Sequence record: OR529306
Reading direction: 5' to 3' (one strand)
DNA from: Escherichia phage PCM001
DNA length: 33,766 nt
Part shown: piece after piece, positions 33,496 to 33,766 of the stretch
How the letters are laid out: the number at the start of each line of letters is the position of its first letter
Position numbering within the stretch: position 1 is the stretch's first letter
Translations under genes and position numbers: made by a program
The notes under the pieces: generated by a model
The model's database searches: none
What the model was told of the DNA's origin: nothing
The model's input: only the letters and a program-made list of their open reading frames with translations

Positions 33496-33766
33496 ATTTC
33501 CTCGCAAAATGCCCATTCAGCGTGATAAACTGTAGCACCTTTAGTATTATTCATTTGAACTACGTCTACCGGAGAAATTACTCGATAGAGACGTGGTTCA
33601 CCTCCATAAGAGCGTGCTGCTCGTCCTGCATAAATCTTTGCTAAACCGATATCTTCAGTAAAGAATACACGATCCAAGTTTTTCTTACGTCCAGTTTCAG
33701 ACAGAACTCCTGTTTCCTCAGGAGGACAAAGCATGTTTTCGATGTTAGCTGAACTACTTGAACCGT
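33492..33766 (-). CDS. 3' end of a gene continuing beyond the window (partial CDS)
   Basis: reading frame open from window edge to stop at 33492; stop overlaps dmd-like start (ATGA); T4 synteny would place gene 41 here but this C-terminus cannot be confirmed as helicase. Confidence 0.5.
   Translation of the reverse strand, partial: GSSSSANIENMLCPPEETGVLSETGRKKNLDRVFFTEDIGLAKIYAGRAARSYGGEPRLYRVISPVDVVQMNNTKGATVYHAEWAFCEEI

Noticed and set aside
1-33766. tRNA, rRNA, integrase/transposase, homing endonuclease, dam methyltransferase
   Set aside because: Looked for cloverleaf-like GC-rich segments, recombinase or GIY-YIG/HNH motifs and methyltransferase motifs in all ORFs; none found. Absence claims are limited to what can be judged by eye without profile searches.

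Overview
This window reads as a T4-like (T-even, Tevenvirinae) myovirus segment. All gene identities rest on my recollection of T4 proteins and on motifs visible in the translations; no database search was run. On the + strand (1-5169) sit late genes: long tail fiber genes 36, 37 and 38, then holin t, with TATAAATA late-promoter motifs. From 5170 to the window end almost everything is on the - strand in T4 early-region order: asiA, arn-region small ORFs, motA, 52, ndd, a denB-like nuclease, rIIB, rIIA, rIIA.1, an unsplit gene 39, dexA, dda, srd-like, modA, modB, soc, 56, 61, sp and a dmd-like gene, ending in a partial ORF at the window edge. These genes are tightly packed, often with ATGA/TAATG stop-start overlaps, and are punctuated by sigma70-like early promoters (GTTTACA, 17 bp, TATAAT-like) and hairpin terminators whose loop is UUCG in the RNA. 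Relative to my memory of T4, the accessory content includes: a GT-B-like glycosyltransferase gene between rIIA.1 and gene 39; three tandem paralogous ORFs upstream of dexA; a 76-bp duplicated promoter/leader module at motA; a + strand small membrane ORF where T4 has dam; an Imm-like protein and a lipoprotein next to sp; and several micro-ORFs absent from the ORF track. No rRNA, tRNA, CRISPR array, integrase or homing endonuclease was detected.
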